From: a virus
Lineage: Duplodnaviria > Caudoviricetes
IMG/VR virus record: IMGVR_UViG_3300028591_000090
Location: 64,001 to 128,000 of that record
Strand: one strand, 5' to 3'
Length of the DNA: 64,000 nucleotides
Both the position numbers and the translations under genes were made by a program. The stretch's first letter is position 1. Each line of letters opens with the position of its first letter. The notes below the pieces were generated by a model, which was given only the letters and a program-made list of their open reading frames with translations, did not search any database and was not told where the DNA came from. Shown in pieces: positions 27,320-36,622 of this stretch.

Positions 27320-27808
27320 TTAACTAACAATACATAAAATTACATATTCTTCCCAATCTGTTGTTTTCTTTATAAAGAATAATTCATATAGAGCATCAAA
27401 CCAAGTCCACGGACCCTTAATACATTGATTCTTTTCCTCTGACACCTCAAGAAGGTTTATCATCGAACAAAGGTAATTCTTGTCATTATCCTCCATTCTT
27501 TGAATATAATTCTTTGTATGTTCCTTGCATTTTTCGATGCATACGTCAAACAGTTCTTTGTCGAGGACACCATATATTATATCACATTCGCTGGGAAGTT
27601 TTTCAAGTGTAAATCTTTTCAGTTTCCCTTCTCTGTTCATGTCCTCAATTATTTGTGTACAAAAGTCACCTTGTAACTTTATTATGTTGTTTACCTCAAA
27701 AAAATGTTCCAAGTCATTATCATATTTTTCAACTTCTTCTTTTGATTTTTCAAGAAGACGATTCCAAACATAAACTGGTAATCTATACATTGTATTTCGA
27801 AAACTCAT
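27320..27808 (-). CDS. hypothetical protein
   Basis: 162-aa ORF. Confidence 0.6.
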   Translation of the reverse strand: MSFRNTMYRLPVYVWNRLLEKSKEEVEKYDNDLEHFFEVNNIIKLQGDFCTQIIEDMNREGKLKRFTLEKLPSECDIIYGVLDKELFDVCIEKCKEHTKNYIQRMEDNDKNYLCSMINLLEVSEEKNQCIKGPWTWFDALYELFFIKKTTDWEEYVILCIVS

Positions 27809-27810
27809 AT

Positions 27811-28563
27811 CTAAAAAAGACTTAATTGTGATGTTTCATTTTTTATTCTTTTCTCTGCCATTTCAACATATTTTTGCGATATTTCAGAACCAATATAGTT
27901 CATTTTATATTGAATAGCACCCAACGCTGTTGTTCCACTTCCCATAAATGGGTCATAAACAATACCATTTTCTGGGCAACAAGTAACAATACAATTACAC
28001 GTCAATATCTTTGGAAACGGTGCTGGGTGGTCATTCTTTTCTTTAATAATTTTTCCAACATCAATATTCCAAACACTCTGACGATAAAAAGATTTATCTT
28101 TGTCAAAATAAAACTTTTCTGTATCTTTTACAATCCAATAAATATATTCTGTTATCGGTTGAAAATAATGTGGGTCATTCGCCAATGAAGAACCTCTATT
28201 CCAAATTATTTGTTGGTGCAAAGGAAAATCATATACCCACTTTGGAGCAACAACCTTATTATGTACCAAAATATCTTTATGGTTATAAAATAAAGAACCT
28301 GTTGGTTTTAGGATTCTCAAACATTCTGATATTACTTTCTTTTGCCACGCTTCATATTCTTCTGGCAACATAGCGTCATCGTATGTATCGTATGCTATTT
28401 GTCTACCTCTTAATGCTCCCCACGATTTTGAATCGCCTGTTTTAGGAGCATAAATGTTTTTATTATAAGGTGGCGATGTTACTATAACATCAACAGAATT
28501 GTCTTCTATCTTCGACATTGTAACAAGACAATCTTCGTTGTAAATCTTATTTAATTCTATCAT
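27811..28563 (-). CDS. DNA N4-cytosine/N6-adenine methyltransferase (beta class)
   Basis: TSPPY, HPAPFP, DPFMGSGTT; ends QLSLF. Start moved to ATG 28563, downstream of the promoter at 28583. Confidence 0.9.
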   Translation of the reverse strand: MIELNKIYNEDCLVTMSKIEDNSVDVIVTSPPYNKNIYAPKTGDSKSWGALRGRQIAYDTYDDAMLPEEYEAWQKKVISECLRILKPTGSLFYNHKDILVHNKVVAPKWVYDFPLHQQIIWNRGSSLANDPHYFQPITEYIYWIVKDTEKFYFDKDKSFYRQSVWNIDVGKIIKEKNDHPAPFPKILTCNCIVTCCPENGIVYDPFMGSGTTALGAIQYKMNYIGSEISQKYVEMAEKRIKNETSQLSLF

Positions 28564-28640
28564 TCTATTATACTTTGTGCGGCAAATATACAAAATATTT
28601 TTGTTAAAACAAAGACTAAATAACAAAAAAAACATTCCTC

Positions 28641-29342
28641 GTGGAAGTTAAAGATGTCCAAAGTTTATACAACAGAACATTCGGTTCTTTAAACAAAAGT
28701 GAAGAATCCTATCTCGCTTTTGTAGAACTTCTATATAAATTCAACCTCATAGATGACTCGTTATACTTTGACCTAAAACAAAGAGCCACGACATCTTCTT
28801 TTGATATTGTCGGAGAGTCATTTTTAACAAAACCAATACAAACAATACCTTTATTTGAGGCATTTTCTGAACTTTTCGACGAAGAAGAAAAAGCACTTTT
28901 AGGAGAAATTTATGATAATTTAGAAACTGCCAATCATATTGTTATCAAACTAACAGATGACAAATTTCAAAATCAACAATATGATAAATGTTACGACGAC
29001 AAAGGTCTTGTTATATGGAAAAATATAGAGACAGATGATATTATCGACAGAGATAAGGCTGCTGAACTTGTTAATGACTTATTAAACGATTTTGGCAACA
29101 CAATGGTAATGAGAGATGATTATCTTAATGTGATTAGAGGTGTTGAAGGAGAAAAATACTTTGATGAATACGGCATGTACAAGAAATTAAGAACATTCTT
29201 CAAAGATATTGTTGGTGGTGAGCCGGAAGATAAAAAATCTTGGGAAGATTACTTAAATTATGTAAAAGACGCAGGAATTATCACAAAACAACAAGTTTCA
29301 AAATTATCAAAACTTTTTATAGATGGCAAAGAGTACAATTAA
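28641..29342 (+). CDS. hypothetical (probably late/virion) protein
   Basis: TAAATAA at 28617; internal IPLFEAF motif. Confidence 0.6.
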   Translation: MEVKDVQSLYNRTFGSLNKSEESYLAFVELLYKFNLIDDSLYFDLKQRATTSSFDIVGESFLTKPIQTIPLFEAFSELFDEEEKALLGEIYDNLETANHIVIKLTDDKFQNQQYDKCYDDKGLVIWKNIETDDIIDRDKAAELVNDLLNDFGNTMVMRDDYLNVIRGVEGEKYFDEYGMYKKLRTFFKDIVGGEPEDKKSWEDYLNYVKDAGIITKQQVSKLSKLFIDGKEYN

Positions 29343-29463
29343 ACAGAAGTTAGCACAAAAGAAGACTAAAAAGTTCTCACAACAACCAAAATTACAGCGT
29401 GGTTCGAGCAGTAGTGCTTCTGGCGTTAAATTAAAACGTCGTGGTTGTTGTGGTAAAGTGTAA
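29323..29463 (+). CDS. 46-aa basic protein below the ORF-track size range
   Basis: MAKSTIKQKLAQKKTKKFSQQPKLQRGSSSSASGVKLKRRGCCGKV; fills the gap before the primase stop exactly. Confidence 0.6.
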   Translation: MAKSTIKQKLAQKKTKKFSQQPKLQRGSSSSASGVKLKRRGCCGKV

Positions 29464-30636
29464 TTATAACAAAAGAGCGTCTATATTGTTTATTGCCCAC
29501 GGATTTGGATTATAAACTGTCATTTTCTTTGCAATATATTCATCAAATCTCTCTTTTGTGAGACAATTATTGCTTTTTGAATACAAAAAGTTAAAAAGTT
29601 CATTTATATCGTGTATCTTATTGATAGCCGTAATATCATTCCAAAATTTTTTCTTTAAATTTTCAATAATTTCAGTCCATTTTAGAATATTATAGTCTGT
29701 TTTCTTTATCATCTTTGCAACAGAAGCAAATCCAGCACTATCTCTATCAAATAATATGTTTATTTTATCACTTTTTATATGATTTAATACAAAACCAATC
29801 TTTGTAGAACCTTGAACTGCAAGGTAATTATCTAAAAACATTGCATCAAATTGTCCCTCTGTAATGTTTATCGGTTTTTCAAAGTCAATATTCAATATAT
29901 TGTAATACGAAGATATTAAATCAAGAAAATCTATATCTTCTTGCTTTATTTCTGTATCTGGTTTCCAAAATTTAAGAAAATCAGAATACATTTTTATGAT
30001 ATAAATCTTTTTACCAACAACAGAACGTGTTGCAAAACTTAAAATTCTATCTGTTTTATCATCTATATTGAGAATATAAATTTGTCTATCGCTTCTATCT
30101 GCAAAAACACGTCTATGAATATCTGGTATTGAATATGCACAACGATTATTCAAAAATTTAAATGTATTTGTCGTTGTTGAAACATATCTAATATCAATAA
30201 GACCAAACCAAACCATTAAATTTTGAACAGTTGGTAGTTTTTGTAGCAAATCCATATCTTCAAGATAATCGTATATCGTATTATCCTTTGTCGCAACAAG
30301 ATTATTATACGCTTGGTTTTCTGTTTCGGCTAAATTTATCTCATTAAAGTCTATATTGTTTATATCTATCGAATATTCATTGGACCATTTAAGAATAAAA
30401 TTTGATAGAGATACAGAAGTGAAACAACCACCATTAAAACATCTATATCTCTTTGAACGTGAATATAAATTACCACGTGGAGTTGCATTTACCGTATGCG
30501 TATCACCACAATAGGGACAATAAAACCTTAATCCTTTATCGGTTTTCTTTACCGTATGCTTAAACGGCTCATCTGGAAACCTTTTAATCATTAAGGTTTT
30601 AATAAATGATTCTATGCCTTCTTCTAACTCTGCCAT
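29464..30636 (-). CDS. DNA primase (T4 gp61-like)
   Basis: CPYCGD...C..GC zinc finger; TOPRIM ITEGQFDAMF and FDRD. Confidence 0.85.
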   Translation of the reverse strand: MAELEEGIESFIKTLMIKRFPDEPFKHTVKKTDKGLRFYCPYCGDTHTVNATPRGNLYSRSKRYRCFNGGCFTSVSLSNFILKWSNEYSIDINNIDFNEINLAETENQAYNNLVATKDNTIYDYLEDMDLLQKLPTVQNLMVWFGLIDIRYVSTTTNTFKFLNNRCAYSIPDIHRRVFADRSDRQIYILNIDDKTDRILSFATRSVVGKKIYIIKMYSDFLKFWKPDTEIKQEDIDFLDLISSYYNILNIDFEKPINITEGQFDAMFLDNYLAVQGSTKIGFVLNHIKSDKINILFDRDSAGFASVAKMIKKTDYNILKWTEIIENLKKKFWNDITAINKIHDINELFNFLYSKSNNCLTKERFDEYIAKKMTVYNPNPWAINNIDALLL

Positions 30637-30683
30637 ATGTCTATTTTCGCAACAAAGATACTACATTTTTTCGTTTTCTCAAA

Positions 30684-30690
30684 TAAATAA
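30684..30690 (+). promoter_or_regulatory. T4-late-like TAAATAA element (one of ~14 sites)
   Basis: At 11804, 28617, 30684, 40275 (+) and 8114, 11772, 13562, 19127, 25062, 44792, 49381, 52613, 60286, 61503 (-), mostly ahead of structural or lysis genes. The motif is also common by chance at this AT content. Confidence 0.55.
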
Positions 30691-30711
30691 AGTAAAATTA
30701 TTTTTTGTGTA

Positions 30712-32049
30712 ATGGTATCAGACAAAGAAATCAACTCTTTATTGTTGAAATTCAATAAAATACATAAATCAAACATTTCTGCAAGACAAGTAAAATATTA
30801 TACTATTGCAGAAACTTTAAATAGACTAACAGAGGGAAAAGCAAATCTTCCTACAACAGACTATGTAAGACATCAATTATATGAATCTGGTTTGTCTTTT
30901 GATGAAATGTATAAAATGTCTGATAGATTCGCTAACCAACTGATATTGGAAAATTCACCAGACGATTGCTTTTCACAAGAATCACAAAAGGTATTAAATC
31001 AAAGCAATATGCCAAATGATACAGAAGAAAATACCAACAACGAAGAAAATACCGATAACAATAATAATATCGAAGAAGATGAGGGAGATGTAGAAGGAAG
31101 CGAATACGACGCAAAAGAAGGCGGTTTTAATCAAGGTGGATTTAACGATGATGATTTTAAGAAAATGTCTGTATCTAAAGAACAACAAACAGCGGATTCT
31201 GTACGATTAGGCAGACAAGATACATTTGCTCATAGAGAACAAATGGCTAAAAACGCAGAAGAAAAACAACGTAATGAAGAATTGTCAAATAAAGTTAAAC
31301 AAGGAACATTAGATGTTGATAATCTCGAAATAACAGTTGATAGATTAGAAAGAGGTTGGGGTAATGGTGAACACCCATATACAACTGGTAAAATGTACAT
31401 AAACGGTCAATTTTTCTGTTATACAATAGAAAACTACGACTTTACTTATGTTACTGGTAAAAGAAACTCTAAAGATATAAAACTTAAAATTGATAAACTT
31501 AAAAGAGCATTTAATAAAATCGTAAATGGTGTAACACAAAATGCAAAAGTAGCAATTCCTGCAGGACAATATGTTATTTCTAATCAACCAACAACAAAAT
31601 ATAATAAAACAGGTAAAGTTCAAAATTTGCAAGCAATATACAAATATCAATGTGTTAAAGACCAAAACGGTAATTGGAAACCATTGATTAAAAATGGACA
31701 TAAAGTTTTTATGACAATTGGCAACCAACCAAATGGAAATGCTATCGTCCCTCGATTAAATGCAACAACACAAGATTGTGGTTTTGCTGGTATTTTAATT
31801 CATGGCGGTTTTAATCCATCATTTAGTAACGGTTGTATATTAATTGTAGACGAAGAACCTAAAAACGGTGTTGTTAATGAACCAGATAAAACAATGTTAT
31901 CACACTCCAAACAAGTATATGATAAACTATGGAATATGATTCAAAGAACACAATCAAAAGGTGGTAAAATCACCATTAATATAAATGCCGATAACGAAAA
32001 AGTTACATCTAAACCTCCTCAAAATACCGTATTGGCATCCATAAAATAA
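30712..32049 (+). CDS. protein with C-terminal DUF5675 (L,D-transpeptidase-like) domain
   Basis: TTGKMYINGQFFCYTIE, AIPAGQY, ILIHGG....SNGCILI. Confidence 0.75.
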   Translation: MVSDKEINSLLLKFNKIHKSNISARQVKYYTIAETLNRLTEGKANLPTTDYVRHQLYESGLSFDEMYKMSDRFANQLILENSPDDCFSQESQKVLNQSNMPNDTEENTNNEENTDNNNNIEEDEGDVEGSEYDAKEGGFNQGGFNDDDFKKMSVSKEQQTADSVRLGRQDTFAHREQMAKNAEEKQRNEELSNKVKQGTLDVDNLEITVDRLERGWGNGEHPYTTGKMYINGQFFCYTIENYDFTYVTGKRNSKDIKLKIDKLKRAFNKIVNGVTQNAKVAIPAGQYVISNQPTTKYNKTGKVQNLQAIYKYQCVKDQNGNWKPLIKNGHKVFMTIGNQPNGNAIVPRLNATTQDCGFAGILIHGGFNPSFSNGCILIVDEEPKNGVVNEPDKTMLSHSKQVYDKLWNMIQRTQSKGGKITININADNEKVTSKPPQNTVLASIK

Positions 32050-32058
32050 TTTTTGAAA

Positions 32059-35000
32059 ATGAATAATGTTATAGAAGGATTTGAACTATTAAATGAAAAG
32101 CAAGAAGTTCTAAGTTATATAATATCTCAAATTGAAAAATTGGGACTTAATGACGATCCATTTAAAATTAAAGATGGTAACGTAAATAATGGCAATAATA
32201 ATAATCCTAATGATAATAATGCCAATGGTAATAATATTGACAACAACATGAATCAAAACAACGGTTCTGATTCTCAAGATATTAATGATGCTACAAAAGA
32301 AGCACAAAGCAATGCAAATCAAGCATTACAACAAGAACAAAACGAATTAAAACAAGAACAGCAAAACCAAGAAGGAGAAGAAAATAATCCTAATGAAGCA
32401 GAAAATCAAAATCAAGATAATAATAATGGTAATGAAAATAAATATTGGATAACAAGTGCAGATACTAACTTTAGACCAAAACCAAATACGCCAATTTATT
32501 ATTATAATGAAGAATTATATAACAATAACCAACCAACAGATGAAAATCCAATTGGTAACTTTGAAAAAGATTCTAAAACTAATTATAATATAAACGGAGT
32601 AGATTACGCAAAATATGAAGAAGATGAAAATGGCAATATAGTAAAACCATTACTTATGTATCCAAGAGAGCAAGCAGAAAAAGTTAATTTTGATGAAAAT
32701 GGTGAAGACATTAATGATACAAATTCTTCTGATTGGATAAAAGGAACAGATCCTAATTATTCTCCTACAGATGGTACGATTTTATATAGATATGATGAAG
32801 AAATTTTTAATGGAAATGAAGATGAATCAAACGCTCAACCTTTCGGTGCTTTTATTAAAAAAGATAATGATAAATCATACAGAGTCAAACAAAATGATGG
32901 TAAACCTCTAATCATAAACAAAGAGCAGTTTATGTATAAAAAATCTGATGCAAAATATAATTCACAATCTATATGGATTCAAGGTGGAGAATCTGATACA
33001 AACCCTAAAAAGAAAAAACCAAGTCAAGCACAACTACTTTATCAATATAATGAGGATATTTATAAAAACAATGGACCAGAATCGCAAGCAAAAAAAATAG
33101 GTTTTTGGATTAACGAAGACAATACTAATTATACCTATAAACCATTCCCTCAAAATGAAATAAAAAAATATTATCAATCTGATTTTACAAATGATAAAAA
33201 AGGAAATAATTTAAATATATTTAAAGAACTTGCTTTATATTATGATGCACCAAATTTGTTTCCAAGCGTAACAGTAGCACAAGCAATAGTAGAATCTGGG
33301 TGGGGTACAGACAAAAACTTTAAATCAAATAATAACTGTTTTAATATTCATGGACATGGTTATAAAAATGTTGTTTCTGGTACAGATACAGATGCTAATG
33401 GTAATCAATATGATACTGATTTTAGAAGATATGAAACTGTAAATGATGCTTTTCTTAACAGAATTAAATTTTTATACGAAAATCCAAGATATAGAGAGAA
33501 TGGAGTTTTTAACGCAAATACACCAGAAGAACAAATACAAGCATTAAAAAAAGCAGGATATTGGCAAGGAGCAAATGGAGAACAATTACTTCTTGATGTA
33601 TTAAGACAAAATAATTTAACAGAATTAGATAGTCAAAGAAATACACAAACCGTAACAGTACAAAAACAAGAAACAATGTATTTGTTAGGTAATAGTGGAA
33701 GCAATGGTGGTAGTGGTAACGGAAACGACTCTAATGGAAATAATAACAATAATAACGATAATCAAAAAAAATTTGATGAATCTACAGAAAGTGAAAGTAT
33801 GGAAATAAACGGATATATCCGTGGAGATAACTTACGATATATTCCAAAAGTCGGTGCTAAAATGTATGTTAAAGATCCAAAAAACGAAAAACAATTAGTA
33901 GAGGCTACAACAGGAACTTTCCAATATAGACAATATGGTAAAAAAGCAGAAAATAATAAAAAAATTCAAATAGAAAATTATCAATTATCAAAGGGTTCTG
34001 CTCAATCTATGCATATTTGGTACAAAAAGACAGATGCTGACGGAATTGGTCAAAAATATGTAAAAAATGAGACATTCCCAATAAAATATGGTCAAGAATC
34101 TGAAAAAATTAGAAATATTCAAAATGTAATATTTACAGATAAAAAATGTATTGATGGTAGATTTGGTCCAGTTATGTTAGATATTTTCTATAGAGTATAT
34201 GGAATCAAAGATACAAAAGGAAATAAGATAAATGCATTATCTCAAGTATATTATAATAAAATTATTGGTAAAATAAACAAAAATGAAGAAAACGAAAACA
34301 GAAATGAAAAAATTTCTGGAGATAATGACAATGGTCTTATGCCACAACAAAACGCAAAATTATATGCTAATAAAGATTGTCCAAGGTATAGTTTAACAAA
34401 TGGTGGTCTTTATCATGGGAAAAATGAATATAAAAACGGAGACTTCGTTGGCTATATGGGTGATGCATCTGATATAATAGAACAAGATGGAGAAAAATAT
34501 TATAGATTCAGAGATAAAAATAATCAAGAGCAAAAAAGTTATATAAAAGCAAAAGATGTTTCTTTTACAAGAAACGAATCTATTGAAGATAATCCAACTT
34601 GGCTTCTGAATAATTTTACTAAAGACCAATTAGAAACATTACGTAATTTAATTTGGTACTATAAAGAAAAGGCAGGAAGAACAGAAGGAAAGGCTGTTGA
34701 TGGTGCATTATATGATATGCAAGATAAAAACAGAAAAGACATTAAAGCACATCTTGGTGCAGATGAAGCAAATGAAATTTCACAAAGACGTTGTTCTTAT
34801 TCTGATATAAACAACGCTTTTAATAAAACAAAAGCAAAAGAAGAAGAAGAGGAAAGAAACAAACCACAAACAATGACATTCTTATTAGAAAGAAAAGATA
34901 GAATGAGAACATCTTACAATAGAATGGCTGGTGCTATACTTGGTGAAATATCATTAAACGGAGAGAAAACTTTGTTTTATACTATGGAAAAAAGTAATGT

Positions 35001-35433
35001 GTTGGTTAAACCTGGCAAATATCAAATTATATTAGAAACAAGTCCAGATAGAAACTTACACGTTAATACAGACAAAAAGAACGCTGATTATACTCCAATC
35101 GGTAACGGTGAAGTTGAATATGGAGAATACGTTTATGGTAACGATGAAAAAATAAAAAGAAGAGACAAAAACGGATACATCAGAGTTCCTTTATTAAAAA
35201 ATGTTCAAGGTAGAGAAGGTATACAAATACACCCAGGAAAAGATTTAGGGTGGACAAAAGGTTGTATATTAATTTCAAAAAGAAGTGCAGGATATACTGG
35301 ATTTAATTGGTCTGATTCTGTTAATGCATACCATGAATTTTGGAATATGATAAGAAAAGACTTTGATGATAATTTCAACCCTATAAAAGGTGCAGAAGTA
35401 TGGATTGAAATAAAAAATAATTTTAAACAATAA
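32059..35433 (+). CDS. large multidomain peptidoglycan hydrolase: GH73 glucosaminidase plus DUF5675
   Basis: AQAIVESGWG, NNCFNI, FRRY, AGY (GH73); IDGRFGP PG-binding-like motif; C-terminal GREGIQIHPG...TKGCILI. Confidence 0.78.
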   Translation: MNNVIEGFELLNEKQEVLSYIISQIEKLGLNDDPFKIKDGNVNNGNNNNPNDNNANGNNIDNNMNQNNGSDSQDINDATKEAQSNANQALQQEQNELKQEQQNQEGEENNPNEAENQNQDNNNGNENKYWITSADTNFRPKPNTPIYYYNEELYNNNQPTDENPIGNFEKDSKTNYNINGVDYAKYEEDENGNIVKPLLMYPREQAEKVNFDENGEDINDTNSSDWIKGTDPNYSPTDGTILYRYDEEIFNGNEDESNAQPFGAFIKKDNDKSYRVKQNDGKPLIINKEQFMYKKSDAKYNSQSIWIQGGESDTNPKKKKPSQAQLLYQYNEDIYKNNGPESQAKKIGFWINEDNTNYTYKPFPQNEIKKYYQSDFTNDKKGNNLNIFKELALYYDAPNLFPSVTVAQAIVESGWGTDKNFKSNNNCFNIHGHGYKNVVSGTDTDANGNQYDTDFRRYETVNDAFLNRIKFLYENPRYRENGVFNANTPEEQIQALKKAGYWQGANGEQLLLDVLRQNNLTELDSQRNTQTVTVQKQETMYLLGNSGSNGGSGNGNDSNGNNNNNNDNQKKFDESTESESMEINGYIRGDNLRYIPKVGAKMYVKDPKNEKQLVEATTGTFQYRQYGKKAENNKKIQIENYQLSKGSAQSMHIWYKKTDADGIGQKYVKNETFPIKYGQESEKIRNIQNVIFTDKKCIDGRFGPVMLDIFYRVYGIKDTKGNKINALSQVYYNKIIGKINKNEENENRNEKISGDNDNGLMPQQNAKLYANKDCPRYSLTNGGLYHGKNEYKNGDFVGYMGDASDIIEQDGEKYYRFRDKNNQEQKSYIKAKDVSFTRNESIEDNPTWLLNNFTKDQLETLRNLIWYYKEKAGRTEGKAVDGALYDMQDKNRKDIKAHLGADEANEISQRRCSYSDINNAFNKTKAKEEEEERNKPQTMTFLLERKDRMRTSYNRMAGAILGEISLNGEKTLFYTMEKSNVLVKPGKYQIILETSPDRNLHVNTDKKNADYTPIGNGEVEYGEYVYGNDEKIKRRDKNGYIRVPLLKNVQGREGIQIHPGKDLGWTKGCILISKRSAGYTGFNWSDSVNAYHEFWNMIRKDFDDNFNPIKGAEVWIEIKNNFKQ

Positions 35434-35435
35434 CA

Positions 35436-35467
35436 AAAAAGGCTGTTATTTTTAACAGCCTTTTTTT
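35436..35467. terminator. bidirectional terminator
   Basis: aaaaaggctgtta...taacagccttttttt between convergent genes. Confidence 0.85.
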
Positions 35468-36006
35468 TACAACATAAAATAAGACATTAATTGAAATGTT
35501 GTTGCCATTGTCATTACATCATTATAATGACCTTTCATTATATCATAATAAGGCACTCTAACCATTCTATCGTTATCTTCAAGTTTAACTTTAACTTCAT
35601 CGTCTTGAATCAATCCAGTTAAATTAAAAGCATAACTTGTTGGTTCTGATTTGAATAATGATATATTTACATCTGTTTCTCCCAAAAAGAAGATTCTATC
35701 TTTTTCAATTCTTGTTGTAGGAATACTAAAATATTTTGATATGAATAATCTTATTACATCTATGTTTGAATCAAAATTGTACGGAGATATATCCAATACT
35801 GTTGTTTTTAATTTTTCAAACATATCTGTATATTCGTGTAAGAACAGATATTGAATATTGGTATTTTGAGCGTTCATAACAAACGGCAAAATGAAAATAG
35901 GTGGAGCAACATCTACTATAGCATTAGATTCACCCCTTGAAAAATATGTAAGACGTGGACTTATCTTTTTTGATTCTATGGACGTATCTATAATATTATT
36001 GTTCAT
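35467..36006 (-). CDS. hypothetical protein
   Basis: 179-aa ORF. Confidence 0.6.
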   Translation of the reverse strand: MNNNIIDTSIESKKISPRLTYFSRGESNAIVDVAPPIFILPFVMNAQNTNIQYLFLHEYTDMFEKLKTTVLDISPYNFDSNIDVIRLFISKYFSIPTTRIEKDRIFFLGETDVNISLFKSEPTSYAFNLTGLIQDDEVKVKLEDNDRMVRVPYYDIMKGHYNDVMTMATTFQLMSYFML

Positions 36007-36622
36007 CTACCGAAATCTCTTTTTCTTTATTTATTTTTGTTTCCGGCTCGAATTGCTCTTTAAGAGAATTCATTATATCATCTACCTTTAAATTAGATAG
36101 AATATATTCTCCCAAATCACTTAAAAATTTCTTTTTATCGTCTGCATTATTATACATTACAGTCAATAATTCAGAAGCAGGAAGTTCAATATTCAAAGAC
36201 AAATCAAAATCTCTCTTTGTTTTCTTAAATCCAGCAAATATATCTGTTTTAGTCTCTGTTTTTACCTCCACCTTTGGTTGTTCTACTGTTTTCTTTCCTA
36301 AAATTTCCTCTGGTGTTTTTATTTCTCCTTGTTTTTTATTATTCAAGCCCAAATCCATTGCATCGGCACTAAAATCAATGTCCGTTGGGTCTAAATAATA
36401 ATCTATTCTTGATAATGGTACTGGAACACCAGATGACATATTAAGCACAACACCACCATAGTTTTCACTTTCATAAACACCCATACAACGAACAGGGTCT
36501 CCTATTTTAATTGGCATTGGCGAATCTGGAGCGACTTTCCAACGGAAATTTTTCCCCATATACTGTTTTTTTAATAAAGATAAATCCATTCTATGTAATA
36601 TTTTTTGAATTAGTTTCCACAT
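35996..36622 (-). CDS. hypothetical protein
   Basis: 208-aa ORF overlapping the PolB fragment end; no YGDTDS. Confidence 0.6.
   Translation of the reverse strand: MWKLIQKILHRMDLSLLKKQYMGKNFRWKVAPDSPMPIKIGDPVRCMGVYESENYGGVVLNMSSGVPVPLSRIDYYLDPTDIDFSADAMDLGLNNKKQGEIKTPEEILGKKTVEQPKVEVKTETKTDIFAGFKKTKRDFDLSLNIELPASELLTVMYNNADDKKKFLSDLGEYILSNLKVDDIMNSLKEQFEPETKINKEKEISVDEQ

Noticed and set aside
32180-32440. AAT-rich stretch as a regulatory microsatellite
   Set aside because: It is an in-frame Asn-rich low-complexity linker of the 1126-aa protein
35996-36622. C-terminal half of the DNA polymerase
   Set aside because: Lacks NSxYG and YGDTDS; the QKIL..GKNFRW resemblance is too weak
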